Assembly (NCBI RefSeq): GCF_036504375.1 | Contig: NZ_DASXVH010000045.1 | Span: forward strand, 9,921-73,920 | Direction of reading: 5' to 3' | From: Novimethylophilus sp. | Lineage (GTDB): Bacteria > Pseudomonadota > Gammaproteobacteria > Burkholderiales > Methylophilaceae | Length of the DNA stretch: 64,000 bases | Shown: positions 13,119 through 21,619 of the stretch, in pieces | Numbering within the stretch: position 1 is the first letter of the stretch | Layout: each line of letters begins with the position of its first letter | Notes under the pieces: generated by a model | What the model saw: only the letters and a program-made list of their open reading frames with translations | The model's database searches: none | Told to the model about the DNA's origin: nothing | Translations under genes and position numbers: made by a program

Positions 13119-14504
13119 ATGCTGCCGCCAGGCTTTCTCGCCGCATTGCAATCGTCATTCTCACCGGATCGCCTGTTCACCGATCCGGTAGATTGCTACG
13201 CCTATGCCTACGACAATTCGCGCAATTTCCGGCCGCCGCAGGCCGTGGTTTTCCCGCTGAACGCAGAGGAAGTGCAAGCGGTGGTACTGCTTTGCAACCA
13301 GTATCGCGTCCCTGTCGTGCCGCGCGGCCGCGGAACCGGCACCGCTGGCGGCAGCGTGCCGGAGCAAGGCGGGGTGGCGTTGTCGCTGGAACGGATGAAC
13401 CGCATCCTTAAGGTAGACCCGGACAATCGCATGGCAATCATAGAACCCGGCGTATTGAATCAGGATCTGCAGGATGCCATTCGTCCCCAGGGCTTCTTTT
13501 GGCCGCCCGACCCTTCCAGCGCGCCGTATTGCACGGTAGGCGGCAATCTCGCCACCTGCGCCGCCGGTCCGCATGCGGTGAAATACGGCGTCGCGCGCGA
13601 CCATGTGCTGGGGCTGAAAGCCGTCACCGGCAGCGGCGAACTGATCAAGACCGGGTGTTATACCACCAAGGGCGTGGTAGGCTACGACCTGACGCGGCTG
13701 ATAGTTGGCTCCGAAGGCACGCTGGCCGTCATCGTCGAAGCCACGCTCAAGCTGACCCCCTTGCCGCGCGCGGTCGGCGGGCTTACCGCGCAGTATCGCG
13801 ACACTACCAGCTGCGCTCATGCCATCGCCGCGATCATGGCACAGCCTTTCGTGCCCTCGGCATTGGAATTCCTCGACAACAATGCGCTCAACCTGATCCG
13901 CAACCGCCATCCCGGCATGCTGCCGGACGACATGCGCGCGCTGCTGATGATAGAAGTGGACGGCTCCGAGCAGGAGATCGCCGAAGCAACGATGGCTATC
14001 ATCAATGCCTGCCAGCTGGATGGCTTGATCGAGGCCAAGCAGGCCAACGATACGCAATCGCTGTGGGCGGCGCGCAAGGCCTTGTCGCCGTTGTTACGCG
14101 ACATCGCGCCGAAAAAAATCAACGAGGATGTCGCCGTACCGGTGTCACGGCTGCCGGAACTGCTTGGGGGCATCGAACGGCTGGCCGCGCGCTACCAGAT
14201 TGCCAACGTCAACTTCGGTCATGCGGGCAACGGCAACATCCACGTCAACCTGCTGGTAAACCCGGACGACGGAAATGAAATGCAGCGTGCGGAACAATGC
14301 CTGGACGCAGTGTTCTCATTGGTGCTGGGGCTGGACGGCACCCTTTCCGGCGAGCATGGCGTGGGCATGGCCAAGCGGCCTTTCGTCGGCAGGGAAATCG
14401 ATGCCGTCACGCTGGATTTCATGCGCAGCATCAAGAAAACCTTCGATCCTGCCGATATCCTGAATCCGGGAAAATTATTCCCTGCGGTGGGAAAAAGTCT
14501 CTAA
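13119..14504 (+). CDS. FAD-linked oxidase (GlcD / D-lactate dehydrogenase-like)
   Basis: 461 aa. FAD_binding_4-type VVPRGRGTGTAGGS. C-terminal GTLSGEHGVGMAK...FDPADILNPGK. Confidence 0.85.
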   Translation: MLPPGFLAALQSSFSPDRLFTDPVDCYAYAYDNSRNFRPPQAVVFPLNAEEVQAVVLLCNQYRVPVVPRGRGTGTAGGSVPEQGGVALSLERMNRILKVDPDNRMAIIEPGVLNQDLQDAIRPQGFFWPPDPSSAPYCTVGGNLATCAAGPHAVKYGVARDHVLGLKAVTGSGELIKTGCYTTKGVVGYDLTRLIVGSEGTLAVIVEATLKLTPLPRAVGGLTAQYRDTTSCAHAIAAIMAQPFVPSALEFLDNNALNLIRNRHPGMLPDDMRALLMIEVDGSEQEIAEATMAIINACQLDGLIEAKQANDTQSLWAARKALSPLLRDIAPKKINEDVAVPVSRLPELLGGIERLAARYQIANVNFGHAGNGNIHVNLLVNPDDGNEMQRAEQCLDAVFSLVLGLDGTLSGEHGVGMAKRPFVGREIDAVTLDFMRSIKKTFDPADILNPGKLFPAVGKSL

Positions 14505-14528
14505 AGTTATCCTCATTTTTGTCGTTAA
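14502..14528 (+). promoter_or_regulatory. Candidate sigma-28 (FliA) promoter of flgMN
   Basis: TAAA (14502..14505), N15, GTCGTTAA (14521..14528), compared with the consensus TAAA-N15-GCCGATAA (6/8 in the -10 element). It lies 39 nt upstream of the flgM ATG. Confidence 0.45.
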
Positions 14529-14566
14529 GATGGTATGCTAGAAAACGTTGAGTCAAGAGGTACATC

Positions 14567-14866
14567 ATGAAAATTGACGGGTCTTTACGAGGGACCGCGC
14601 TCACAGGCGCCACCAGCCAGGCACCCGCACGCGGCAAGGGTTCTGCGGCAAGTTCTCCCAAACAGGACAGCGTCAGCCTTTCCGATACGTCTTCGCAATT
14701 GCAGGCGCTGGAAACCAGCGTCAACCAGGCTTCCGGATTCGATGCCGCCAAGGTTGAAGCTATCAAGCAGGCGATCAGCGAAGGCCGTTTCAAGATCAAC
14801 CCGGAACAGATCGCCGATGGCCTGATCGCTTCCACCCGCGAACTCGTCGCGCAACACAAGGCCTGA
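14567..14866 (+). CDS. flgM: Anti-sigma-28 factor FlgM
   Basis: 99 aa. Disordered Ser/Ala-rich N-terminus. C-terminal KVEAIKQAISEGRFKINPEQIADGLI is typical of FlgM. AAGAGG SD. Confidence 0.8.
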   Translation: MKIDGSLRGTALTGATSQAPARGKGSAASSPKQDSVSLSDTSSQLQALETSVNQASGFDAAKVEAIKQAISEGRFKINPEQIADGLIASTRELVAQHKA

Positions 14867-14893
14867 CGCCTGCGCTCCTGAAATAGCTCGTCA

Positions 14894-15388
14894 TTGGCTC
14901 AACCCGGTTCCATCGATACGCTGCTGCTCGCAGGCCTGCAGGCTGAAGAGCAGGCTTTCCGCGACTTCAAGACCGCACTGCAGGCCGAGCAGAAGGCCTT
15001 GATCGCTGGCGATATTACCGCGCTCACGGCGATTTCGACGTCAAAACTGAAGCAGGTTGAACATCTGAACCGCCTTGCTGCACAGCGGCTCGAGCGCATC
15101 GTCACGCTGGGGCTGACAGCCGACCGCAACGGCATGGAGAAATGGGCGGCGCAGGCGGGGACTGCCGCAACCGAAGCATGGCGCTCCATGCTCGCCACAG
15201 CCAGCGAAGCCCATCAAGCCAACCAGATCAATGGCACGCTGATTCAAAATCATCTGCAACACAATCAGCAAGCGATGTCTGCTTTGCTCGCAGCATCCAA
15301 CCAAGCCAATCTGTATGGACCCGACGGTCAGCCGAAAAATACGCCACCGGGCGGCGGCAGTTCACGCGGCATTATCGGCAAGGCCTGA
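14894..15388 (+). CDS. flgN: Flagellar export chaperone FlgN
   Basis: 164 aa helical protein directly after flgM, with a TTG start. It shows the FlgN-like pattern LLAGLQAEEQAFRDFKTALQAEQKALIAGD. Confidence 0.7.
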   Translation: MAQPGSIDTLLLAGLQAEEQAFRDFKTALQAEQKALIAGDITALTAISTSKLKQVEHLNRLAAQRLERIVTLGLTADRNGMEKWAAQAGTAATEAWRSMLATASEAHQANQINGTLIQNHLQHNQQAMSALLAASNQANLYGPDGQPKNTPPGGGSSRGIIGKA

Positions 15389-15405
15389 TGCGGTTAAACG
15401 AGGGT

Positions 15406-16254
15406 TTACGGCCGGGCTGAAGTGGCCGAGACTGGACTCGGAGGCGGTTTTACGTCCGGGTCCAGTTTGACGTCCTGCACTCCGCCCTGATTTTCCGCCA
15501 ATATCATTACCGTTACACGCCGATTGCGGGCACGGCCTTCGGGTGTACTGTTATCTTCCACCGGCCGATTGTCGGCGTAGCCGATCGCCACCATGCGGTC
15601 GCCGCCGACGCCGCTTTCGGCAAACAACCGAATCACGCTGCTGGCACGCGCCGTAGACAACTCCCAGTTCGAGGGGAAAACCGGGGAATTGATAGGCAGA
15701 TTATCGGTATGGCCTTCCACCTGAATCTGATGGGTATCTATCGCCAGCACCTTGGCCACCGCAGTCAGCACCGAAATCGAATCCTTGTTCAGATCCGCCT
15801 TGGCAATTTCGAACAGGAGACTGGCATTGATTTCTATGGAAATGCCGCGATTGCTCTCGGTGACCTTGACCTGACCGCCCTTCACCAGCGGCTCCATGAC
15901 TTTGAGGATATCGGTCGCGACCGATTTCATGTTCTCGCGCCGCTTCTCCTTCTCCACCTCGACAATCCGGGAAGCAGCATCCATTTGCATCGGCACAATT
16001 TGCGGAATGGGTTTGCCGTGCTCAACCGTTCCCTGCGGCATGGGTGCTTGGACATAAATCACTTTTTCGCTGGTGGGAGCACTTTTGAAAGCTTCCACGA
16101 TGGAATCCGAGAGCACCTTGTATTTTCCCTCGTTGATCGAGGAAATCGCGTACATTACCACGAAGAACGCGAACAGCAGGGTGATGAAGTCGGCGTAGGA
16201 GACCAGCCAGCGCTCGTGGTTCTCGTGCTCCTCGGGTTTTTTTCTGCGTGCCAT
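15406..16254 (-). CDS. motB: Flagellar stator protein MotB family (OmpA-like)
   Basis: N-terminal plug/TM segment ERWLVSYADFITLLFAFFVVMYA with the conserved Asp. C-terminal OmpA motif VEGHTDNLPI...NWELSTARAS...NRRVTV. Confidence 0.9.
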   Translation of the reverse strand: MARRKKPEEHENHERWLVSYADFITLLFAFFVVMYAISSINEGKYKVLSDSIVEAFKSAPTSEKVIYVQAPMPQGTVEHGKPIPQIVPMQMDAASRIVEVEKEKRRENMKSVATDILKVMEPLVKGGQVKVTESNRGISIEINASLLFEIAKADLNKDSISVLTAVAKVLAIDTHQIQVEGHTDNLPINSPVFPSNWELSTARASSVIRLFAESGVGGDRMVAIGYADNRPVEDNSTPEGRARNRRVTVMILAENQGGVQDVKLDPDVKPPPSPVSATSARP

Positions 16255-16270
16255 CTAGAATGGGCTGGGC

Positions 16271-17026
16271 TCAGGTGATGAAGCCGCGCAGCTTGGTATC
16301 GATCAGCCGCGGATTCTCGCCATTGGCGATGGACACCAGGCCATCCACCACCATCTGGCGCTTGACCATTTCGCGGCCGATCACCGACTTGATTTTGCTC
16401 GACAACGGCAAGAAAAACAGATTGGCCGAGCCCACGCCGTAGATCGTGGCGACAAACGCAACCGCGATACCGGCGCCCAGTTTGGACGGATCGGAAAGAT
16501 TTTCCATCACGTGGATCAGACCCATCACCGCGCCGATAATGCCTATCGTCGGCGAATAGCCGCCGGCAGATTCCCATACTTTCGCCGATAGTCGATAATG
16601 CTCGTCGTAGGCATCCATCTCGACTTCCAGCGCCTCGCGCAGCTTTTCCGGCTCGGCACCATCCACCAGCATCTGCAGGCCTTTTTTCATGAACGGATCC
16701 TGCATTTCCACCAGGATGGGCTCCAGCGACAACAACCCGCCGCGGCGGGCGGTATTGCCCCAGCCGGTGATCTGCTCGATAACCTCCTCCAGCACCACCC
16801 GCGGCGGCACGAATGCCCATGAAACCAGCTTCAGCCCCAGCAGGAAAACCGGCAGCGAATACTGGATCAGTACCGCGCCCATGGTACCGCCAATGACGAT
16901 GATGAAGGCGGTGAGCTGCATCAGCGTGCTAACATGGCCGCCTTCGAGTACCTGCCCGCCGATGATGGCGCCCAGTGCAATGATAATGCCGACAAAAGTA
17001 GTGATGTCGATTGGTAGGTTTTTCAT
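16271..17026 (-). CDS. motA: Flagellar stator protein MotA family (MotC/PomA-like size)
   Basis: 251 aa, four TM segments, C-terminal GAVMGLIHVM...AFVATIYGVGSANLFFLP. Confidence 0.9.
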   Translation of the reverse strand: MKNLPIDITTFVGIIIALGAIIGGQVLEGGHVSTLMQLTAFIIVIGGTMGAVLIQYSLPVFLLGLKLVSWAFVPPRVVLEEVIEQITGWGNTARRGGLLSLEPILVEMQDPFMKKGLQMLVDGAEPEKLREALEVEMDAYDEHYRLSAKVWESAGGYSPTIGIIGAVMGLIHVMENLSDPSKLGAGIAVAFVATIYGVGSANLFFLPLSSKIKSVIGREMVKRQMVVDGLVSIANGENPRLIDTKLRGFIT

Positions 17027-17038
17027 CGGGCGGCAGTC

Positions 17039-17743
17039 TTAACCGATCCAGCCCTTGAGCCTGCTGCGCAAGCGCATGACCGCCTGCGAATGAATCTGGC
17101 AGACGCGTGATTCGCTTACCCCCATGACGGTGCCGATTTCCTTCAGGTTGAGATCTTCCTGATAATACATCGCCATCATCATTTTCTCTCGTTCCGGCAA
17201 GTCCGCTATCGCTTCCACCAGCGCACGGCGCATGCCTTGATCCTGGATGGTTTCGAACGGGTTTGGACGCCCGTCCGCCAGATTAAACTCTATCGGATCG
17301 CCGTCATCATTATGGAAGTCTTCGTAATAGACCAGCTGGTGGCCGCGCGCATCCGCCAGCATGGTTTGATACTCTGCCAGATCCAGCCCCATGGCATCGG
17401 CGATTTCCTGCTCGGTGGGCGCATGGCCAAGCTGCTGCTGGAGTTGCGTGATGGTGTTTTCGATGCCGCGCGCATTCTTGCGCACCGAACGCGGCACCCA
17501 GTCGATCTCGCGCAGCTCGTCCAGCATCGCGCCGCGAATACGCTGCGATGCATAGGTTTCGAACTGCGCGCCCTGAGTTTGGTCGAAATGGCCGATGGCA
17601 TCCAGCAACCCTATCATTCCGGCCTGCATCAGATCGTCCACCTGCACGCTGGCCGGCAGTCTGGCCGCCAATTGATAGGCAATGCGTTTGACCAGCGGCG
17701 CGAAATCAGAGGCGGGACGTTGCGCCACGCAATGGAGTGGCAT
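17039..17743 (-). CDS. fliA: Flagellar sigma factor FliA (sigma-28)
   Basis: ORF 17039..17845. ATG 17743 sits 2 nt after the flhG stop. Region 2 is DDLMQAGMIGLLDAIGHFD. Region 4 is LNLKEIGTVMGVSESRVCQIHSQAV. Confidence 0.9.
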   Translation of the reverse strand: MPLHCVAQRPASDFAPLVKRIAYQLAARLPASVQVDDLMQAGMIGLLDAIGHFDQTQGAQFETYASQRIRGAMLDELREIDWVPRSVRKNARGIENTITQLQQQLGHAPTEQEIADAMGLDLAEYQTMLADARGHQLVYYEDFHNDDGDPIEFNLADGRPNPFETIQDQGMRRALVEAIADLPEREKMMMAMYYQEDLNLKEIGTVMGVSESRVCQIHSQAVMRLRSRLKGWIG

Positions 17744-17745
17744 GA

Positions 17746-18597
17746 TTAATGATCCGTGGTGATCGGCTTGAAAGTGCCAGTCACGCTGAGCAAACGGCGC
17801 ATGAAGGCTTCGAAACGGCTGTCGTCCCGTTCCGGCTGCGGCCACCCGGCGATGCCGGCTGCCAAAATCTCCAATGCATCGGCGGCAGCGCTGCGTTCCA
17901 CGGGCAGAACACCGGCAAAATCCGGCATCAGGTTCAAGTGCTGGTGGCAGACGCCGGCCAGATTGCGGAACAGGACGCTGGCCAGAGATTCCTCGACGCC
18001 GCGGAACAGCAGGCGGAAATGACGATTTCCCGGAGTATGCGCAGCAATCTTGATCTGGCTATAGGCAGCGGTAATACCGGAAGAGCTGCCTGTGCACAGC
18101 ACGATCACCTCGGGCGCGGCCAGGGCGAAGCCGAAACTGGGTCGGTGAGCGGCGGCCGCAGCGCGGATCAGGACGATGTCGAACCTGCCGACCAATGCGT
18201 GGAAAGCCGCCAATAACCGCACTCGGGCGCCATCCTTGTGTGCGGGACGAACGCTGCCGGCCGGCAGCAAAGTGATGCCCGCCGCCGGCAGCGCGATCTC
18301 CTGCAAACTTTTTTCGCCCCGCAAGGCGTGGCCGATGTCGTAGCGCACCGCAGCGGCCAGCAGGACGTGAGGATCGCCGGCGCGCAATTGCTCGTCCAGC
18401 AGCAGGACTTTTTTTTCCTGCCCTGCCAGGGCCAGGGCCAGGGCGGCGCTGATGTCGTTCTCGTCGTCGCCGAGCAGCGCAACCATATACGCGGCATCGG
18501 CCGCAAACATGCGCCGCAGCCCTTCGGCCTGATCAACGGCGGTCCTAACCAAGGACCGCTCCATTACCGGACCAGGCATCCTGCAACGCCATTTCAT
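17746..18597 (-). CDS. flhG: FlhG/FleN (MinD/ParA-like) homologue with degenerate P-loop
   Basis: Located between flhF and fliA. The N-terminal VDQAEGLRRM matches the DQAxxLR motif. Where FleN has GKGGVGKT, this protein has LLGDDENDIS. Three in-frame ATGs (18597, 18579, 18564) all overlap the end of flhF, so the start is unresolved. Confidence 0.75.
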   Translation of the reverse strand: MKWRCRMPGPVMERSLVRTAVDQAEGLRRMFAADAAYMVALLGDDENDISAALALALAGQEKKVLLLDEQLRAGDPHVLLAAAVRYDIGHALRGEKSLQEIALPAAGITLLPAGSVRPAHKDGARVRLLAAFHALVGRFDIVLIRAAAAAHRPSFGFALAAPEVIVLCTGSSSGITAAYSQIKIAAHTPGNRHFRLLFRGVEESLASVLFRNLAGVCHQHLNLMPDFAGVLPVERSAAADALEILAAGIAGWPQPERDDSRFEAFMRRLLSVTGTFKPITTDH

Positions 18598-20026
18598 CCC
18601 GGCTCAACTGTGTTGCCGGCCCCGCCTGGCCTTTGAACGCACGGTCCACCAGATAGGTGGCATTGGCCAGATGCAGGTCTTCGGGAACGCGCTGGCCGTT
18701 GGTGACATAGTGCAGGTCGATGCCGTAGCGTATCAGGCAGTCCATCGCCGGCGCCAGCGATACGGCTTCGTCGATTTTGGTCAGGATACAGCCGTCCATC
18801 CCGGCCCCGCGATAAGCGCGCACGATGTCGTCCAGCGTCACGCCCTGGGCCGTGGCCGGCAACAGCAACTGACGTTGCACGCGGTTACCCCGCCCGCACA
18901 GGAATTCGATCTGTTCGGCGATGCGGCGGTCGCGCTGGCTCATCCCGACGGTATCGATCAGCACCAGATGGCTGCGCTGCAAATCGGCCAGCGTGAGTTC
19001 CAGCTCCGTTTCATCCTTCACCGCATGCACCGGCACGTTGAGGATGCGGCCGTAAATACGCAGCTGTTCATGGGCGCCGATCCGGTAGCTGTCAGTCGTC
19101 AGCAGCGCCACGTTTTTTGCGCCGAACTTAAGCACCGCGCGCGCGGCCAGCTTGGCTACGGTAGTGGTCTTGCCGACGCCGGTGGGCCCGACCAGCGCCA
19201 CGATGCCGCCGCGCTCGATCACATCCGCGCCCGGTTCCACCGCGCGCAGATTATGGGTGATGGCCGCCCGCAGCCATTTCATGCCCTTTTCGAAATCCAG
19301 CCCATGCGGCATCGCATCGATCAGTTTGCGCGATAACACCGGACTGAAGCCTGCGGCAAACATCGCGCGCAACAACTCGGCCTTGAGCGGCTCGTTGCGC
19401 ACCAGTTCGCCCCAGGCAAAACCGGAAAGCTGGCCTTCGAGTAGATTGCGCATGCGCTTGAGTTCGCGCGCCATTTCCGCGACGACCGGATCGGGCGCGG
19501 CGGGCGGTGGCGTAAAGCTGGTCTCGCGCATCGGCTCATGCTGCGGCAGTCGATAAGAATCTTCCGGCTGAGGCTGAAAGTGCGGCACGGACTCCGCGAC
19601 CGGCGGAATCTCGCGCGAGATCGCGGGCCGGGTATAGGTGGGGACGGCTTCTTCCGGCGGCAACGGCTGGGGTGTTGCCGCCTCGGCGGCGGTACGGATG
19701 GTTTCGAACGTCGGCGCACGCACGCTCTGGGTAGGCCCGACGCTGCCGGTTTGGCGTCGGTGCAGGATCGCGGCTATCGTTTCCGCGCCGATTACCGGCT
19801 GTGGAGGACGCTCGCCGGATGCCGGTTGCGGCCGATGTTGTGCCAACATGTGATGAGCTGGGTTTCCGTAGGTCAGCGCGTCCATCTCGCCATCGGCCAC
19901 GGCCATGATTTCCACCCCGCCGTCTACCTTGCGGTTGGACAGGATCAACGCATCCGCGCCCAGTGCGTCACGCACTTGCCTCAGGGCATCGCGTGTGCTT
20001 GAACCGAAAAATTTACGGACGTTCAT
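18545..20026 (-). CDS. flhF: Flagellar biosynthesis SRP-type GTPase FlhF
   Basis: 493 aa. G1 GPTGVGKTTTVAKLA, G3 DTVGMSQRD, G4 LTKIDEA. N-terminus MNVRKFFGSSTRDALRQVRDALG. Confidence 0.9.
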   Translation of the reverse strand: MNVRKFFGSSTRDALRQVRDALGADALILSNRKVDGGVEIMAVADGEMDALTYGNPAHHMLAQHRPQPASGERPPQPVIGAETIAAILHRRQTGSVGPTQSVRAPTFETIRTAAEAATPQPLPPEEAVPTYTRPAISREIPPVAESVPHFQPQPEDSYRLPQHEPMRETSFTPPPAAPDPVVAEMARELKRMRNLLEGQLSGFAWGELVRNEPLKAELLRAMFAAGFSPVLSRKLIDAMPHGLDFEKGMKWLRAAITHNLRAVEPGADVIERGGIVALVGPTGVGKTTTVAKLAARAVLKFGAKNVALLTTDSYRIGAHEQLRIYGRILNVPVHAVKDETELELTLADLQRSHLVLIDTVGMSQRDRRIAEQIEFLCGRGNRVQRQLLLPATAQGVTLDDIVRAYRGAGMDGCILTKIDEAVSLAPAMDCLIRYGIDLHYVTNGQRVPEDLHLANATYLVDRAFKGQAGPATQLSRDEMALQDAWSGNGAVLG

Positions 20027-20405
20027 AAAGGGCTTTTTTGAGGGGGCAAGGCCCTGCGCGTTACGAAGGAACGCTCGCGGGAGAATCTACACGTATTTGG
20101 ATTTAGCGCCGCCATATTTGGCCACAAGTTTAACACGGGAAAAGTGGCGCAAAAAGTGAAATCGGCGATTGTTTTTTCGATCAAACCTCCCCTCTGCCGC
20201 CGGCTTCAAATACCGCATCCATTGCGATGCAAGACGCGGCTCCGCTTGGGGCAGCCGCTAAAAGATACCCAGCCAAGATCACCGTTCGACAAGCGCTTCA
20301 TCGCGAACTGGTTCCGGTCGCATGCACTACCAGGGCGCAGCCAGGGGGCAAACGCGCCATCCAGTGCTACTGCCAACTCCCTTTCGTACCTTCGTTGACT
20401 CCGCA

Positions 20406-20654
20406 TCATTCATGCTCGCGCAGGGCATTGCGGATACGCTCACGGGCTTCAGCCGACAAGCGCACTGTCTCGTCGTTCTCGGCTTGTTGCGCAAAATGCC
20501 TCAGCGCCCTCCGCAATCCGGCCAGCTGCCGCGAAAACTGCCGGCAGGCATCGCAGATCGCGAGATGCAGCCTCAAGCTCAAGCGCTCCCGCCAAGTCAG
20601 ACGTCGATCCAGCGACTGCGACACCAGCCGGCTGGCTTGTTTGCAGCTAAGCAT
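20406..20654 (-). CDS. Small zf-HC2 anti-sigma factor
   Basis: 82 aa. H-x3-C-x2-C motif (HLAICDACRQ). The start overlaps the sigma gene stop by 8 nt. Confidence 0.75.
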   Translation of the reverse strand: MLSCKQASRLVSQSLDRRLTWRERLSLRLHLAICDACRQFSRQLAGLRRALRHFAQQAENDETVRLSAEARERIRNALREHE

Positions 20655-21240
20655 CGTTGCCCTCCAGCCAGTTGATCTCCAGGCACTTTCTCAACCCCAT
20701 CCGGGCGCGATACAGCATCACCCAGGCATTGGTCGGGGAGATTTCCAGTTCCTTACAAATTTCTGCATTTTCTTTTTCCTCAATCTCGCGCAGCAGGAAA
20801 ATCCGCGCCAGCGCCTTGGGCAAACGCTCGAGACAGTCCTGCATCACCTGCCAGAACTGGTGCTGTTCCAGCAATGCAGCCGGGTTGCCCAGCGATGACG
20901 GCGGCTCGGCCCAGTGGCCGTCGTCGAGAAAGAATTCGTCCATCCCCGGCTCCATCGGTTCGTCGGCAGCCCCGTTGTCCGGCAACGGCTGTTCGCGCTG
21001 GCTACGCCGAAAATGGTCGATGATCTTGTGCTTGAGGATGCCGGTGAGCCAGGTGCGCACGGCGGATTTCGCGGCAAAACCCTTGCCGTCCTGTGCGGAC
21101 AGCGCCGCGAGCAGGGTTTCCTGCACCGCGTCTTCGGCCAGGTATTCGTCGCGCAGGCGCACCAGGGCGTAGCGGTAGAGGTAATCGCAGTGATCGGTCA
21201 ATAAATCGCTGGGGTTCAGGTCATTCAATTGAAGTGGCAC
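20647..21240 (-). CDS. ECF-type RNA polymerase sigma factor
   Basis: 197 aa with a GTG start. Region 2 is YRYALVRL..EDAVQETLLAAL. Region 4 is ICKELEISPTNAWVMLYRARMGLRKCL. Confidence 0.9.
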   Translation of the reverse strand: MPLQLNDLNPSDLLTDHCDYLYRYALVRLRDEYLAEDAVQETLLAALSAQDGKGFAAKSAVRTWLTGILKHKIIDHFRRSQREQPLPDNGAADEPMEPGMDEFFLDDGHWAEPPSSLGNPAALLEQHQFWQVMQDCLERLPKALARIFLLREIEEKENAEICKELEISPTNAWVMLYRARMGLRKCLEINWLEGNDA

Positions 21241-21354
21241 TCTTTAATAGTGAGAGAAGGATAAATACAGGCACGGCTAACATCGCCTTGGCTTCCGGCA
21301 TTTCTTTCGCGTGATATGGCGTAGCTTCCTCCAGGTGCTGCTGCAAATTCCACG

Positions 21355-21573
21355 ATGTTACCATCCGCTGATAAAGCGGGCAGGATATCGGTGTGTAACG
21401 ATGGCGACTCGGTGGTGCTGATCAAGGACCCGAAGGTCAAGGGCTCGTCCATCACCCTTAAAATGGGCGCCAAGGTCAAAAGCATCCGCCTGGTCGGCGG
21501 CGACCATGAAGTGGACTGCAAGATGGACGCCGGCAACTTTATGCTGAAAGCCTGCTTCCTGAGAAAGGCTTGA
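21355..21573 (+). CDS. Hypothetical small protein (doubtful)
   Basis: 72-aa ORF with plausible beta-rich composition ([40 protein letters not shown]). ATG 21355 has no SD. An in-frame GTG at 21391 follows AGGA. I recognise no family. Confidence 0.25.
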   Translation: MLPSADKAGRISVCNDGDSVVLIKDPKVKGSSITLKMGAKVKSIRLVGGDHEVDCKMDAGNFMLKACFLRKA

Positions 21574-21619
21574 CAGGAATCACGCCGGCTCCCCTCCCCC
21601 ACCGCCGATCATCGGCACG

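Noticed and set aside
20027-20405. Sigma-54 promoter upstream of flhF, and small ORFs (20144..20398 plus strand; 20206..20409 minus strand)
   Set aside because: The TGGCC-N-GGCG-like strings on the minus strand miss the GG-N10-GC spacing by one base, so I make no sigma-54 call. ORF 20206..20409 forms an ATGA overlap with the anti-sigma stop, which is intriguing. However, it is rich in rare codons (AGG, CGA, AGT, GTA), its product is Arg/Trp/Cys-rich, and it has no recognisable fold. I left it uncalled. Ribo-seq could revisit it.
21241-21354. Autoregulatory ECF promoter upstream of the ECF sigma gene
   Set aside because: Only weak GGAAT/GGAAG strings are present, with no matching -10 element. 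There is nothing comparable to the GAACTT-N17-TCTAA element at 22471..22498.
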